This document shows, piece after piece, positions 48,782 to 58,757 of a stretch of 64,000 nt of DNA. A model generated the notes under the pieces. It was not told the DNA's origin. It did no database searches and was given only the letters and a program-made list of their open reading frames with translations. This DNA comes from Acidobacteriota bacterium. GTDB lineage: Bacteria > Acidobacteriota > Thermoanaerobaculia > Gp7-AA8. The translations under genes and the position numbers were made by a program. Within the stretch, counting starts at the first letter, position 1; every line of letters begins with the position of its first letter. Where the stretch lies: positions 128,001 through 192,000 of the forward strand of contig JAFATB010000019.1 of assembly GCA_019244185.1 (NCBI GenBank), given 5' to 3'.

Positions 48782-50347
48782 TTAGATGCTGATCTCGCGC
48801 GGACGATCGGTCGGCTTGTAGACGATGTCGAAGATCATGCGCGACACAAAGAACGCCGTGAACACCGACGCGCCGAGGCCGATGAGCAGCGTCACCGCGA
48901 AGCCTTTGATCGGACCGGTGCCGAACTGGAAGAGGAACAGCGCCGAGATGATCGTGGTGAGGTGCGTGTCGATGATGGTCGCGAACGCGCGCGAGAAGCC
49001 CTGATCGATCGCGGCGCGCACGGTCTTCCCTTCGCGCAGCTCTTCGCGGATGCGCTCGAAGACGAGCACGTTCGTGTCGACGGCCATGCCCAGCGTCAGG
49101 ATGATGCCGGCGATGCCGGGCAGCGTGAGCGTCGCTTTGAAGTACGCCATCATGCCGAGGAGGATGACGAGGTTGAGCAGCAGCGCGAGCACCGCGTTGA
49201 TGCCGGCGCCGCGGTAGTAGACGATGATCGCGGCGATCAGGATCAGGAAGCCGATGACCGATGCGGTCACGCCCTGACGGATCGAGTCGCGTCCGAGCGA
49301 GGGGCCGACGGTGCGCTCTTCGAGCGTCGTGAGCGACGCGGGGAGCGAGCCGCTGCGCAGGACGAGCGCGAGATCGCTGGCCTGCTGGGTCGTGAAGCTG
49401 CCTTCGATCACGCCGCTGTCGGTGATCTGGCTGTGGATGACCGGCGCGGAGACGACCTTGTTGTCGAGCACGATCGCGAGCTTGCGCCCGACGTGCGTGC
49501 CGGTGAGGTTGCCGAACTTCGGAGCGCCTTCCGGCGTGAGCGTGAAGCCGATGACCGGCGCGCCGACCTGGCCCTTCTGCACGCGCGCGTTCTTGAGATC
49601 GCGGCCGCTGACGGGAACTTCCTTGTGCACGGCGTAGAACTCGGTGCCGACGACGCGTCCGAGCTCGTCCTCGCGGCTGCCCGGCAGGATGTCGACGTCC
49701 GCGCGGACGTTCGCCGGCAGCGCGTCGTACACCGCCTGCGCGGTTGCCTGCGCCTCGCCTTCGACGATGCGGAACTGCAGCTGCGCCGTCGTGCGGATGA
49801 TGTCCTTCACGCGCGCCGGATCATCGACGCCCGGCAGCTGAATGACGATGCGGTCCTCGCCCTCGGGGACGATGATCGGCTCGGTCACGCCGAGGGCGTT
49901 GACGCGGCGGTCGATCGCCTCGACGGCCTGCTGCACGGTGTCGTGCTGGAGCGTCGCCGCGGTCTGCGGCTTGAGGTGGAAGCGGAGGCCGTCGGCCGCG
50001 CGCGAGACTTCGAACGCGGGCAGGAAATCGTGGCCGATGCGCTCGTAGTCCGCGGTGCCGACACCCGCGGCGGTCGTGGCCACGAACGTCGTGTCGTCGA
50101 GACGGCGCGTGGTCGGAACCGGCAGGTTCTGCGACGAGGCCTGGCTCTTGAGCGAGTTCATCGCCTGGTCGGTTTCGAGACGCAGCGCCTCGTTGACGTT
50201 GACGCGCATCACCAGGTGGATGCCGCCTTTGAGATCGAGGCCGCGTCGAATCGGCTCAGGGTTGTCCTTCGTCGGGATGATGGCGACCGTGAACACCACC
50301 AGCACGGCGAGGATCAACACGATTTTCCAAAGCACAGTTCTATTCAA
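48782..50347 (-). CDS. secD: protein translocase subunit SecD
   Basis: GLDLKGG, LGVTEP, LRSGSLPA, VGPSLG, GMAVDTNVLVFERIREE; TTG start. Confidence 0.96.
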   Translation of the reverse strand: MNRTVLWKIVLILAVLVVFTVAIIPTKDNPEPIRRGLDLKGGIHLVMRVNVNEALRLETDQAMNSLKSQASSQNLPVPTTRRLDDTTFVATTAAGVGTADYERIGHDFLPAFEVSRAADGLRFHLKPQTAATLQHDTVQQAVEAIDRRVNALGVTEPIIVPEGEDRIVIQLPGVDDPARVKDIIRTTAQLQFRIVEGEAQATAQAVYDALPANVRADVDILPGSREDELGRVVGTEFYAVHKEVPVSGRDLKNARVQKGQVGAPVIGFTLTPEGAPKFGNLTGTHVGRKLAIVLDNKVVSAPVIHSQITDSGVIEGSFTTQQASDLALVLRSGSLPASLTTLEERTVGPSLGRDSIRQGVTASVIGFLILIAAIIVYYRGAGINAVLALLLNLVILLGMMAYFKATLTLPGIAGIILTLGMAVDTNVLVFERIREELREGKTVRAAIDQGFSRAFATIIDTHLTTIISALFLFQFGTGPIKGFAVTLLIGLGASVFTAFFVSRMIFDIVYKPTDRPREISI

Positions 50348-50684
50348 GGTTTCCTCCGGACCGCGGCACGCTCACCGCCGATTCGTCTCCGGTCACGACA
50401 CCGGACACGGCAGTGCGCGCCAACTTGACTTTGACGTTGTCGGCGATCTTCAGATAGACGACGTCGGGCTCAACACCCTGGACCGTCCCGTAAATCCCGC
50501 CGGTGGTGACCACGCGATCACCCTTCTTCAGGGCGCCGATCATTTCCTGCGTCTTCCGCCGCTGCTTGTTTGCGGGCGCGATGACGAGGAAGTAGAAGAC
50601 GAGGCCGATGGCGATGATCGGCAGAAACTGCACGATCGCCGCGGCGCCGCCGGCGGTGCTTTGGAGCAGAGCTATCGCATTCAT
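50340..50684 (-). CDS. yajC: preprotein translocase subunit YajC
   Basis: FYFLVIAP, LKKGDRVVTTGGIYG. Confidence 0.95.
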   Translation of the reverse strand: MNAIALLQSTAGGAAAIVQFLPIIAIGLVFYFLVIAPANKQRRKTQEMIGALKKGDRVVTTGGIYGTVQGVEPDVVYLKIADNVKVKLARTAVSGVVTGDESAVSVPRSGGNLE

Positions 50685-50704
50685 GGATGTTCTCTTTTCG
50701 CCGG

Positions 50705-51829
50705 CTACGCGTCTTTTCCGCCGCTGGCGTACCTCGAGAGGAATGCTTCGCGGAAAGACCCGAAGGAATTGGACGCAACAGCCTGCCGGATGTCCTTCAT
50801 CAAGTCAAGGTAAAACGAGATGTTGTGGATCGTGTTGTAGACCGCGGCGGCGATCTCGTCGTTCGTGTAGAGGTGCCGCAGATACGCGCGCGAAACGGTC
50901 GTGCAGGTGATGCAGGAGCATCGCGGATCGAGCGGCCGGTCGTCCGCGGCGAAGCGCGCGTTCTTGATGGCGACCTTGCCGAAGCTTGTGAAGAGCGTGC
51001 CGTTGCGCGCGTTCCGCGTCGGCATCACGCAGTCGAACATGTCGATGCCCGCCGTGACGCCGTTGACGAGATCTTCCGGCGTACCGACGCCCATCAGATA
51101 CCGCGGCTTGTCCGCCGGCAGCAGCGGCGCCGTGAAGTTCACGACGTCGAACATCTCTTCTTTCGGCTCGCCGACCGAGACGCCGCCGATGGCGACGCCG
51201 TCGAAGTCGATCGCGCCGATCTCTTCGACGCTGCGCTTGCGCAGGTCGAGATGAATGCCGCCCTGCACGATGCCGAAGAGCGCCGACGCGCCGGTACGCG
51301 CCGCGAGCGAACGCCGCGCCCACCGGTGCGTGAGCAGCATCGACTTCTCGATCTCCGCGTGCGAGAGGCCGTAGGCGGGACACTCGTCGAAGGCCATGGC
51401 GATGTCGACGCCCATGCGCGTCTGGATGCCGACCGATGTCTCCGGCGAGAGAAAGTACGCCGCGCCGTCGATGTGGCTGCGGAACTCGACGCCTTCCTCG
51501 CGAATCTTGCGGATCGCCGCGAGCGAGAAGAGCTGAAAGCCGCCGGAGTCGGAGAGCACCGCCCCGTTCCAGCCCATGAACTTGTGCACGCCGCCGAGCT
51601 TTTCGAGCAGGTCGATGCCCGGTCGCAGCATGAGGTGGTACGTGTTGTTGAGGATGATCTGCGGCCCGAGTCGCGCGAGCTGCTCGGTAGTCAAGCTCTT
51701 GACCGACGCCATCGTGCCGACCGGCATGAAGACCGGCGTGTCGATGACGCCGTGCCGCGTCGTCAGCTGCCCGCGACGCGCCGCGCCGTCGGTCGCGGTG
51801 ACGTGAAACTCGATGCGCGAATCCGCCAC
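50705..51829 (-). CDS. tgt: queuine tRNA-ribosyltransferase
   Basis: TPVFMPVGT, NTYHL, DSGGFQ, GIVQGG, DMFDCV, CSCITC Zn site. Confidence 0.97.
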   Translation of the reverse strand: MADSRIEFHVTATDGAARRGQLTTRHGVIDTPVFMPVGTMASVKSLTTEQLARLGPQIILNNTYHLMLRPGIDLLEKLGGVHKFMGWNGAVLSDSGGFQLFSLAAIRKIREEGVEFRSHIDGAAYFLSPETSVGIQTRMGVDIAMAFDECPAYGLSHAEIEKSMLLTHRWARRSLAARTGASALFGIVQGGIHLDLRKRSVEEIGAIDFDGVAIGGVSVGEPKEEMFDVVNFTAPLLPADKPRYLMGVGTPEDLVNGVTAGIDMFDCVMPTRNARNGTLFTSFGKVAIKNARFAADDRPLDPRCSCITCTTVSRAYLRHLYTNDEIAAAVYNTIHNISFYLDLMKDIRQAVASNSFGSFREAFLSRYASGGKDA

Positions 51830-51833
51830 GGCG

Positions 51834-52508
51834 CTACTGCAGTTTCATCTGCTCCACTTTCACTCCCGCGGGCAACTGCAGGGCGAAGCGGCTGGCCGGA
51901 ACCGGCTGGTTGATGCGGATGTTGGTGAACTCGTAGCGGGTGACGTCGCCGTCGCCCTCGACGTATTCGACCTTCGAGGTGAGGTACGTCTTCTTGTCGA
52001 TCCACAGCTTGATGTGGCGCACGCGCTTCGAGACCGCGCGCGTCTTCGGCGCGAGGTCGAGCACGTACACCGGCAGCTTCGGCGAGTCGCTGAACGTGAA
52101 GTCGAAGTAGCGTCCGAGCTCGTCGATCGCACCGGAGGCGCCCATGTATTTGAAGATGCGATCCTCGAAGCGCTTGACGTCGATGCGCTCGGCCTTGTTG
52201 AGGTCGGGGTAGTACGTCGTGAGCGTGCCGCCGGCGATCACCATCTGCACGCGCTTCGGCGCCGCGTAGGTCCACAGCACGTTGTTCGGCTTCGAGTAGA
52301 CGAACGTCCCGTTCGACACCTCGGGCTTCGCGAGGAGCGCCAGCTCTTTTTCCTGACGGAAGTCCGCCTGGAGCGTGGAGGTGTTCTTCTGCTGTTCCTG
52401 AACTTTCTTGATGACGCTGTCGAGCGTCACGGGAGCAGCGGCGGCGATGATGGGCAGCGTCGCGAGAGCGGCCGCGCGGAGCGCCGCGTGGATCGTGCGT
52501 TTGACCAT
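51834..52508 (-). CDS. LolA-family outer-membrane lipoprotein carrier
   Basis: signal peptide, LQADFRQ, GTFVYSKP..WTY, LWIDKKT. Confidence 0.8.
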   Translation of the reverse strand: MVKRTIHAALRAAALATLPIIAAAAPVTLDSVIKKVQEQQKNTSTLQADFRQEKELALLAKPEVSNGTFVYSKPNNVLWTYAAPKRVQMVIAGGTLTTYYPDLNKAERIDVKRFEDRIFKYMGASGAIDELGRYFDFTFSDSPKLPVYVLDLAPKTRAVSKRVRHIKLWIDKKTYLTSKVEYVEGDGDVTRYEFTNIRINQPVPASRFALQLPAGVKVEQMKLQ

Positions 52509-52574
52509 GCGGCGCTCAACCCCGCCGGAGGGGGTGAAATTTCCCTGTATACTGAGGCGACCGCGAGGTTATTT

Positions 52575-53396
52575 ATGAAAAAATCGCTGTGTGCCGCAGT
52601 GCTCGCGTGGATCGCTCTGCCGGTCTTCGGCGCGATCCAGTACGACTTCCTCCAGAAGAGCAGCATGGACGACTCGGCCGTCCCCGCGGCCGACCTCACG
52701 GCACGCGCCCTCATCGACGGCCGCCGCTCCCGCGTCGACTTCCTCTCCGGCAACACGTATCCGCCGGGAACCTACGTCGTCTCGAAGGACGCGCGCCGCC
52801 TGTTCTTCGTCGATCCGCTCAACAAGTGGTACACCGAGTTCAACACAGACAGCGTCGCCAGCGCCATCGGCGCGAGCAGCCTGAAGATCGAGAACCAGAA
52901 GATCTCCGTCGAGACCCTGCCGGACGAGCTGGTCGTCGCCGGCATCAAGACCGAGCACGTGCAGGTGACGCTCACGTACGACATCACTCTCGACGTCCGC
53001 ACCATGTCGCTCAAGCAGCGCGTGCGCACCGTGATCGACAACTGGACCACGCCGCAGTTCGGCGACATCATGCAGGCCGCCTTCACGAACAGCGCGCGCA
53101 CCGGCAACGCCGCCATCGACAGCCTCATCGAAGCGGAGATGTCGAAGGTGCACGGCTTTCCGATGCGGCAGGTGGTGACGGTGCGGTCGCAGATCGATCT
53201 GCCGCACATCGAGTCGCAGCTCAAGCTGCCGGCCACGCGCACGGTCGTGCACGAGACGAGCGTCACCGCCGTGCACGAGCTCGACGCCGATCCGGCGCTG
53301 TTCAACGTGCCGGCCGGCTATCGTCGCGCGGACGCGCCGGACCTGCCGAAGTCCGCGACCCAGGTGCTGCAGTTCGAGCCGTCGACGCCGAAGTGA
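52575..53396 (+). CDS. secreted hypothetical protein (DUF4412-like)
   Basis: GAGG SD, signal peptide, GFPMRQ, LFNVPAGY. Confidence 0.7.
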   Translation: MKKSLCAAVLAWIALPVFGAIQYDFLQKSSMDDSAVPAADLTARALIDGRRSRVDFLSGNTYPPGTYVVSKDARRLFFVDPLNKWYTEFNTDSVASAIGASSLKIENQKISVETLPDELVVAGIKTEHVQVTLTYDITLDVRTMSLKQRVRTVIDNWTTPQFGDIMQAAFTNSARTGNAAIDSLIEAEMSKVHGFPMRQVVTVRSQIDLPHIESQLKLPATRTVVHETSVTAVHELDADPALFNVPAGYRRADAPDLPKSATQVLQFEPSTPK

Positions 53397-53482
53397 CGCG
53401 GCCTCGCGTGTTAGTATCGTTCCCGGAAGCGTTCCCAGCGGTTCGTTCGTCGTAACGAAGCGTCCAGTGGTTCCCAGTAGTC

Positions 53483-54796
53483 ATGGTCAAGAAACCTAAG
53501 CGTTGGGGGAGAGTGGTGCGGAAGCCGCGGGTCTATCTCGCGCTGGCCGTGCCGCTCGCGATCCCGCTGTTCCTCGCCGCCGTGCGCTCGCAGCCGGAGT
53601 TCGGCAATGCCACGGCCGCGTCCGTCGCACCGCTCCCGTTGCGTTATGACGCGCTGCGTCCGTTCCGCACGCAGTTGCCCGAGCACGCGATGCTGCTGAC
53701 GATGGAGCAGGACGACACGCTCGACTCGGTGCTCGTCGACGGCGGGCTCTCCTCGCACGACAGCGCGCTCCTCACGCGCGAGTTCGCGAAGTCGATCGAC
53801 GTCCGCCGTCTGCGGCCCGGCCATCTCCTCCGCTTCCACTACGACGCCGCGAACCGCGTCGACAGCGTGCAGATGAAAGTCACCGGCTGGGGCGAGATCG
53901 GCGCGCTGCGCAGCGGCGACGGCTTTTCCGTCAGCCCGCATCCCGCGTTGCCGCACAGCGTCGAGACGACCGTCTCCGCCGTCATCGACACCTCCCTCTA
54001 CGATGCGCTGCGCGGCAGCGGCGAGAACCCGGCGCTCGTGCAACAGCTCGTCGACATCTTCCAGTGGGACATCGACTTCTTCGAGCTGCATCGCGGCGAC
54101 GCGTTCAGCCTCGTCGTGACGAAGAATTACGTCGGCGGCGATCTCGTCGGCTACGGCCCCGTCACCGCCGCGCGCTTCACGCACAAGGGCACGACGTACG
54201 AGGCGTTCCGCGACGCGACGCCCGGCGGCGGCCCCGGCTACTACGCGCGCACCGGCACGCCGCTGCGCAAGCAGTTCCTCAAGGCGCCGCTCAAGTTCAC
54301 GCGCATCACGTCCGGATTCAGCAAGCACCGCTTTCATCCCGTGCTGAAGTATTTCCGTCCGCACAACGGCATCGACTACGGCGCGCCGATCGGCACGCCG
54401 GTGATGACGACCGCCGACGGCGTCGTCGTCGAGGCGCGCTACAGCCCGGGCGAAGGCAACTTCATCCGCGTGCGTCACAGCTCGCGCTACGACACGTACT
54501 ACCTCCACCTCTCGCGCTTTGCGAAAGGTTTGAAGCGCGGCACGCGCGTGGCGCAGGGCGACGTCATCGGTTACGTCGGCATGACCGGCCTTGCGACGGG
54601 GCCGCATCTCGATTACCGCGTGACCGACGGCGGCCACTGGCTGAATCCTCTGAATCTGAAATCCATCACGCCTGATCCGCTGGGCGGCGACGCGCTGCGG
54701 CGCTTCCGCGCCGAAGTCGCGCGCCTCACGCCGAAGCTCAGCGAGCCGGCGCGCGAGCTCGCGGAAAAAGCGGTGCAGCAGCGGGCACTCTTCTAG
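53483..54796 (+). CDS. M23 peptidoglycan DD-endopeptidase (MepM-like)
   Basis: RFHPV, HNGIDY, YLHLS, TGPHLDY. Confidence 0.92.
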   Translation: MVKKPKRWGRVVRKPRVYLALAVPLAIPLFLAAVRSQPEFGNATAASVAPLPLRYDALRPFRTQLPEHAMLLTMEQDDTLDSVLVDGGLSSHDSALLTREFAKSIDVRRLRPGHLLRFHYDAANRVDSVQMKVTGWGEIGALRSGDGFSVSPHPALPHSVETTVSAVIDTSLYDALRGSGENPALVQQLVDIFQWDIDFFELHRGDAFSLVVTKNYVGGDLVGYGPVTAARFTHKGTTYEAFRDATPGGGPGYYARTGTPLRKQFLKAPLKFTRITSGFSKHRFHPVLKYFRPHNGIDYGAPIGTPVMTTADGVVVEARYSPGEGNFIRVRHSSRYDTYYLHLSRFAKGLKRGTRVAQGDVIGYVGMTGLATGPHLDYRVTDGGHWLNPLNLKSITPDPLGGDALRRFRAEVARLTPKLSEPARELAEKAVQQRALF

Positions 54797-54815
54797 CAAA
54801 ATCGGGCCTCCATCT

Positions 54816-56678
54816 ATGAACAAGGTCACCGTCCGGGCGCCGGTGCGCGCCGATCTCGCTGGTGGAACTCTCGACCTCTGGCCGCTGTATCTGTTCCATC
54901 CCGGTTCGCGCACGGTGAACGTCGCGATCTCGTTCTACGCCGAATCCGAGGTCTCGGAGACCGGCGACGGCGCGATCGAGATCCACCTCACCGACCAGCA
55001 GTACAAGCAGCGCTATGAATCCGTGCAGGAGATGGGCGCCGATCCGAAAGCGGCGCTGCTCCATCGCGCGGTCGAGCACTTCAAGCTCTCCGGCGTCCGC
55101 ATCACCACCCGGACCGACGCACCGCGTGGCTCCGGCCTCGGCGGCTCGTCCGCGCTCGCCATCACGCTCGTGCGCGGGCTCTCCGAGCTCGCCGGACAAC
55201 CGGTCGACGGCGAGGACCTCATCTTCCTCGTGCGCGATCTCGAGACGCGCCTGCTGCACGTTCCCGCCGGCATTCAGGATTACTACCCGCCGGTCTTCGG
55301 CGGCCTCGGCTCGCTGCATCTCAATCCCGGCAAGCCCGCGCGCCATCCGCTGCAGACCTCCGCGCACGACCTCGGCGCGCACATGCTGCTGCACTACACC
55401 GGCATTGCGCACTTCTCCGGCACGAACAACTGGGAGCTCTACAAGCGCCACGTCGACGGCCGCAAGAAAGTGCAGAAAGGCTTCGCGAACATTGCCGAGA
55501 CCGCGATCGAGATGGAGCGCGCGCTCGACGCCGGCAACTACGAGGCCGCGGGCGCCGCTCTGCGGAAAGAATGGCTGCATCGCAAGGCGCTCATCGAAGG
55601 CATCACCACGCCCGAGATCGACGCCGCGATCGAAGCCGCGGAAAACGCCGGCGCGTGGGGCGGCAAAGTGTGCGGCGCCGGCGGCGGCGGCTGCATCGTG
55701 TTTCTCTTCCCGCCCGAGCGGCGCGAAGCGATCGCGCAGGCGCTGGCGACAGTGCCGGGCCGCGTCCTCGACGCGATTCCGGTCGCACACGGGATGACAG
55801 TCGAGAACGACCGCGGCGCGCAGGCGGTCGCACCATCGCGCGTGCGGCGTCCGGCGCGCGGCGGCGAAACGCTGGAGCAACTCTACGTCTCCGGCGGCGA
55901 AGGCAAATACCGGCCGTACATCCTCGCGGAAGGAATCGTGACGCATACGGAAGGGCGGAGCGGCTTCCATCAGTCGACCGTGCGTTCGTACGTCGCGCCG
56001 ATCGCGCCGCAGGACGGGCGCGTGCTGTGGCAGCAGGCGTCGCAGATCGACCCGGAGCGCCTCGACATCCGCGCGGTACCCGATCCGTCGCACACGACCG
56101 ACCTCGCCATTAGCCCCGAGGCGCTCATGCAGAACGCGAGGCAGGCGGAGGAAGGGTTCCGCCAGTTCCTCGCCGCGAACGGCAAGACGCAGATCTTCCA
56201 CAACCCGGCGTTCGGCTTCTACTCCGAGCCGAACGAAACGCGCGAGGCGTTCCTCGTCCGCTGCAACGAGGAGGCGAAGCGCCGGCTCGAAGACCAGCAG
56301 GAGCGCCTCGAGTCGACGTTCCGCCGTCGCTTCGATCAGCTGCGCGAGCGGAGCGAACGCGAACAGCGCGAGCTCGAGGCGAATGAGGAAGGTCCGCGCG
56401 ACGAAAAGCAGGACGTGAACGTCGCGTGGGGACAGGCGCTCTACAACCTCACCAGCGGCAAACCCGCCGCCGTCGCCGAGCCGGGCGTCTCGTCCGTGCG
56501 CGAAACCGACTACCTCGACAACATCGCCCAGATGCAGCGCGCCTGGGACCGCGAGCTCGACGCCCTGCGCGAAGACCTGCAGTCGAAAGCCCGCGCCATC
56601 GAAGACATCTCCATCATCCCGACGGAGCGCAACATCGAGGTGACGCGCTACCTGATCCTCTGGGCCGCCGCCCTGTAG
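54816..56678 (+). CDS. GHMP sugar kinase (HddA-like) fused to a ~280 aa C-terminal domain
   Basis: APVRADLAGGTLD, PRGSGLGGSS, GIQD, KVCGAGGGG; charged coiled-coil extension. Confidence 0.85.
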   Translation: MNKVTVRAPVRADLAGGTLDLWPLYLFHPGSRTVNVAISFYAESEVSETGDGAIEIHLTDQQYKQRYESVQEMGADPKAALLHRAVEHFKLSGVRITTRTDAPRGSGLGGSSALAITLVRGLSELAGQPVDGEDLIFLVRDLETRLLHVPAGIQDYYPPVFGGLGSLHLNPGKPARHPLQTSAHDLGAHMLLHYTGIAHFSGTNNWELYKRHVDGRKKVQKGFANIAETAIEMERALDAGNYEAAGAALRKEWLHRKALIEGITTPEIDAAIEAAENAGAWGGKVCGAGGGGCIVFLFPPERREAIAQALATVPGRVLDAIPVAHGMTVENDRGAQAVAPSRVRRPARGGETLEQLYVSGGEGKYRPYILAEGIVTHTEGRSGFHQSTVRSYVAPIAPQDGRVLWQQASQIDPERLDIRAVPDPSHTTDLAISPEALMQNARQAEEGFRQFLAANGKTQIFHNPAFGFYSEPNETREAFLVRCNEEAKRRLEDQQERLESTFRRRFDQLRERSEREQRELEANEEGPRDEKQDVNVAWGQALYNLTSGKPAAVAEPGVSSVRETDYLDNIAQMQRAWDRELDALREDLQSKARAIEDISIIPTERNIEVTRYLILWAAAL

Positions 56679-56742
56679 CCGCGGAATACCGATCCGCTCG
56701 ATTCGTTAGCACACCGCGCGCGTGATAGCATCCCGCGCGAGT

Positions 56743-56819
56743 CGGGCAGTAGCGCAGCCTGGTAGCGTACCTGAATGGGGTTCAGGTGGTCGGGGGTTCA
56801 AATCCCCCCTGCCCGACCA
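56743..56819 (+). tRNA. tRNA-Pro(GGG)
   Basis: 77 nt cloverleaf CGGGCAG...CTGCCCG-ACCA, anticodon arm CCTGA-atGGGgt-TCAGG, GGTTCAAATCC T-arm. Confidence 0.97.
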
Positions 56820-57002
56820 AACACAACCCCAAAGCCCCCAACAACTTAGCTCCCACCCCTCTCTTCGACGCTCACGCCGAATCGGGCTCCGTGCCTGGTT
56901 GCGCGCCTAGTGACGTTTCCGCGTCTGCAGCCCCTTCGACTTCGTCGGAGTCGGACGATCTCGACGCCGCGGCTGCGACGATCCCCAACAAGGAGAACAT
57001 CG

Positions 57003-57218
57003 ATGAAGAAGGACTTTGTCCCCCGGCACATCCTCGCCGAGGAGCTCGGCGTGCACACGCAGACGATCGCGAAATGGGAGCGGGACGGCTGGTTCCCGCA
57101 GCCCGAACACCGGATCTCGGATCGCCTGATCCTCTACCGCCGGTCGTCCGTGGACGAGGCGATCGCGGAACGGCGCGCTCGCCAGGTGATGCGCCGCCCT
57201 CCGCGCCGCGTGGCGTAA
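57003..57218 (+). CDS. AlpA/excisionase-like HTH protein
   Basis: AAGGAG SD; LAEELGVHTQTIAKWERDGWFPQP...ILYRRSSV. Confidence 0.85.
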   Translation: MKKDFVPRHILAEELGVHTQTIAKWERDGWFPQPEHRISDRLILYRRSSVDEAIAERRARQVMRRPPRRVA

Positions 57219-58471
57219 CGCCGAAGAAGCGACTCAAGCTTCGGCGTATCGCCCGCGGGCTCTTGTACGACAACACCACACGCACCGCGAAGCTCTCGGT
57301 TTACGTCCTTGGCGGCAAGGGCGAGCGGCGCGTTCGCCGCACACTTCACAACGTCTCGGCCGAAGAGGCGGAGCGAGCGATGGCGACGTTCCGCGAGCGC
57401 GTCAATCGCGAGCCCGCGCAACCGCCGCCGCTCATCGCGCCGACGTTTGAGGAGTTCTACGACCGGTACTTTCCTCTCATCGTCGAAGGTCTTTCACCTT
57501 CGACCGCGAAGGACTATCGGCTCGTCGCCGAGCGGTGCCTGTTGAAACGCTTCGGATCGTGGCGGCTGTCGGACATCACGGCTGGCGCGGTGAACCTCTG
57601 GATTCGCGAACTGAAGTTGGAACGGCGGGCGGCCGGCAAACGGCCGCTCGCCGGCGCCACGATCAACGGCTACGCGAACATCCTCCGCGCGCTCGTGAAC
57701 TATGCCGTCCGCTTCGACGTGCTGGAGGAGAGCCCGTTCAAGAAGCGACTCGAACGCGAGAAGGTGAACCGCCCGAAGAACGAGCTGTCCGACCGCGAGT
57801 GCGCGGCGTTCCTCGCCGCGTTCGACGATCGAGAGGCGTTCGTGGCCGACCTACGCGCCAAGTACCGACGCGGTGAGGTCGTGCCATGCGAGCGCTACCC
57901 GACCCCGCGCGTCTTCGGCGGCAGCCGCCGCTGGGACAGCGAGGCGGCAAACGACATCTGGGAGCACTTCCACGCGCTCAAGCCGTTCTTCATCGTCGCG
58001 CTCACCACCGGCCTCCGGCTCGGCGATCTCTGTCGCCTGACGTGGAAGGACGTCCGCTGGACCGAGGGCTGGATTCAGCTCGTCATGGAGAAAACGGAGC
58101 GCGAGGTCGTCGTCCCGATCAGCGCCGCGTGCGAGGCCGCCCTCAAAGAGTGCCGCGCACGTCCCGTCGTCGGGGAGCTCGTCTTCGTCGATGAAGTCGG
58201 CGCGCCGCTCTCCGTCACCCGCATCCGCCGCGGCTTCGCGCTCGCGAAGAAGCTCGCCGGCATCACGCGCAAAGTTCGCTTCCACGACCTCCGGCACACC
58301 TACGGCTCCTCGCTCGCGTCCGACGGCTTATCGCTCGCCATCATCGGCAAAGTCATGGGTCACGCGAGCCAGATCACCACGGCTCGCTACGCACGCCCCG
58401 ATACGCGCGTCTTCGAGGCCGTTCGAGAAGCCCTCGACCGCCGCCACGGCGGCAGCTCGGATCGCCGATGA
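57218..58471 (+). CDS. tyrosine recombinase/integrase (start uncertain)
   Basis: catalytic R (TTGLR), K (EKT), HDLRH, MGH, Y (TTARY). Confidence 0.92.
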   Translation, partial: TPKKRLKLRRIARGLLYDNTTRTAKLSVYVLGGKGERRVRRTLHNVSAEEAERAMATFRERVNREPAQPPPLIAPTFEEFYDRYFPLIVEGLSPSTAKDYRLVAERCLLKRFGSWRLSDITAGAVNLWIRELKLERRAAGKRPLAGATINGYANILRALVNYAVRFDVLEESPFKKRLEREKVNRPKNELSDRECAAFLAAFDDREAFVADLRAKYRRGEVVPCERYPTPRVFGGSRRWDSEAANDIWEHFHALKPFFIVALTTGLRLGDLCRLTWKDVRWTEGWIQLVMEKTEREVVVPISAACEAALKECRARPVVGELVFVDEVGAPLSVTRIRRGFALAKKLAGITRKVRFHDLRHTYGSSLASDGLSLAIIGKVMGHASQITTARYARPDTRVFEAVREALDRRHGGSSDRR

Positions 58472-58757
58472 CGCCACACACCCCTGAAAGGAAGGCTCCA
58501 GCATGCACGCACAACCTGTCCGGTCACCCCTCCGGTTCTACGACTGGAGGGGTTCCGTCTCCTGCTCGTATCGTCGGCTTCCCGGTAGCTCGCAGAGATC
58601 GCAGTACTTCCGCGATGCAGCGACGCCCGATGCCGCTGTGGTTTCTCTCACGACTTACCCCATCCCGCCGCCCCACCGTCCGCGCGACAGCCGCTCTCCC
58701 GCGTGTAGACCGCACGCCCACCATCCGCCACCGAGATACAATTCATTGAGGCTCCCT

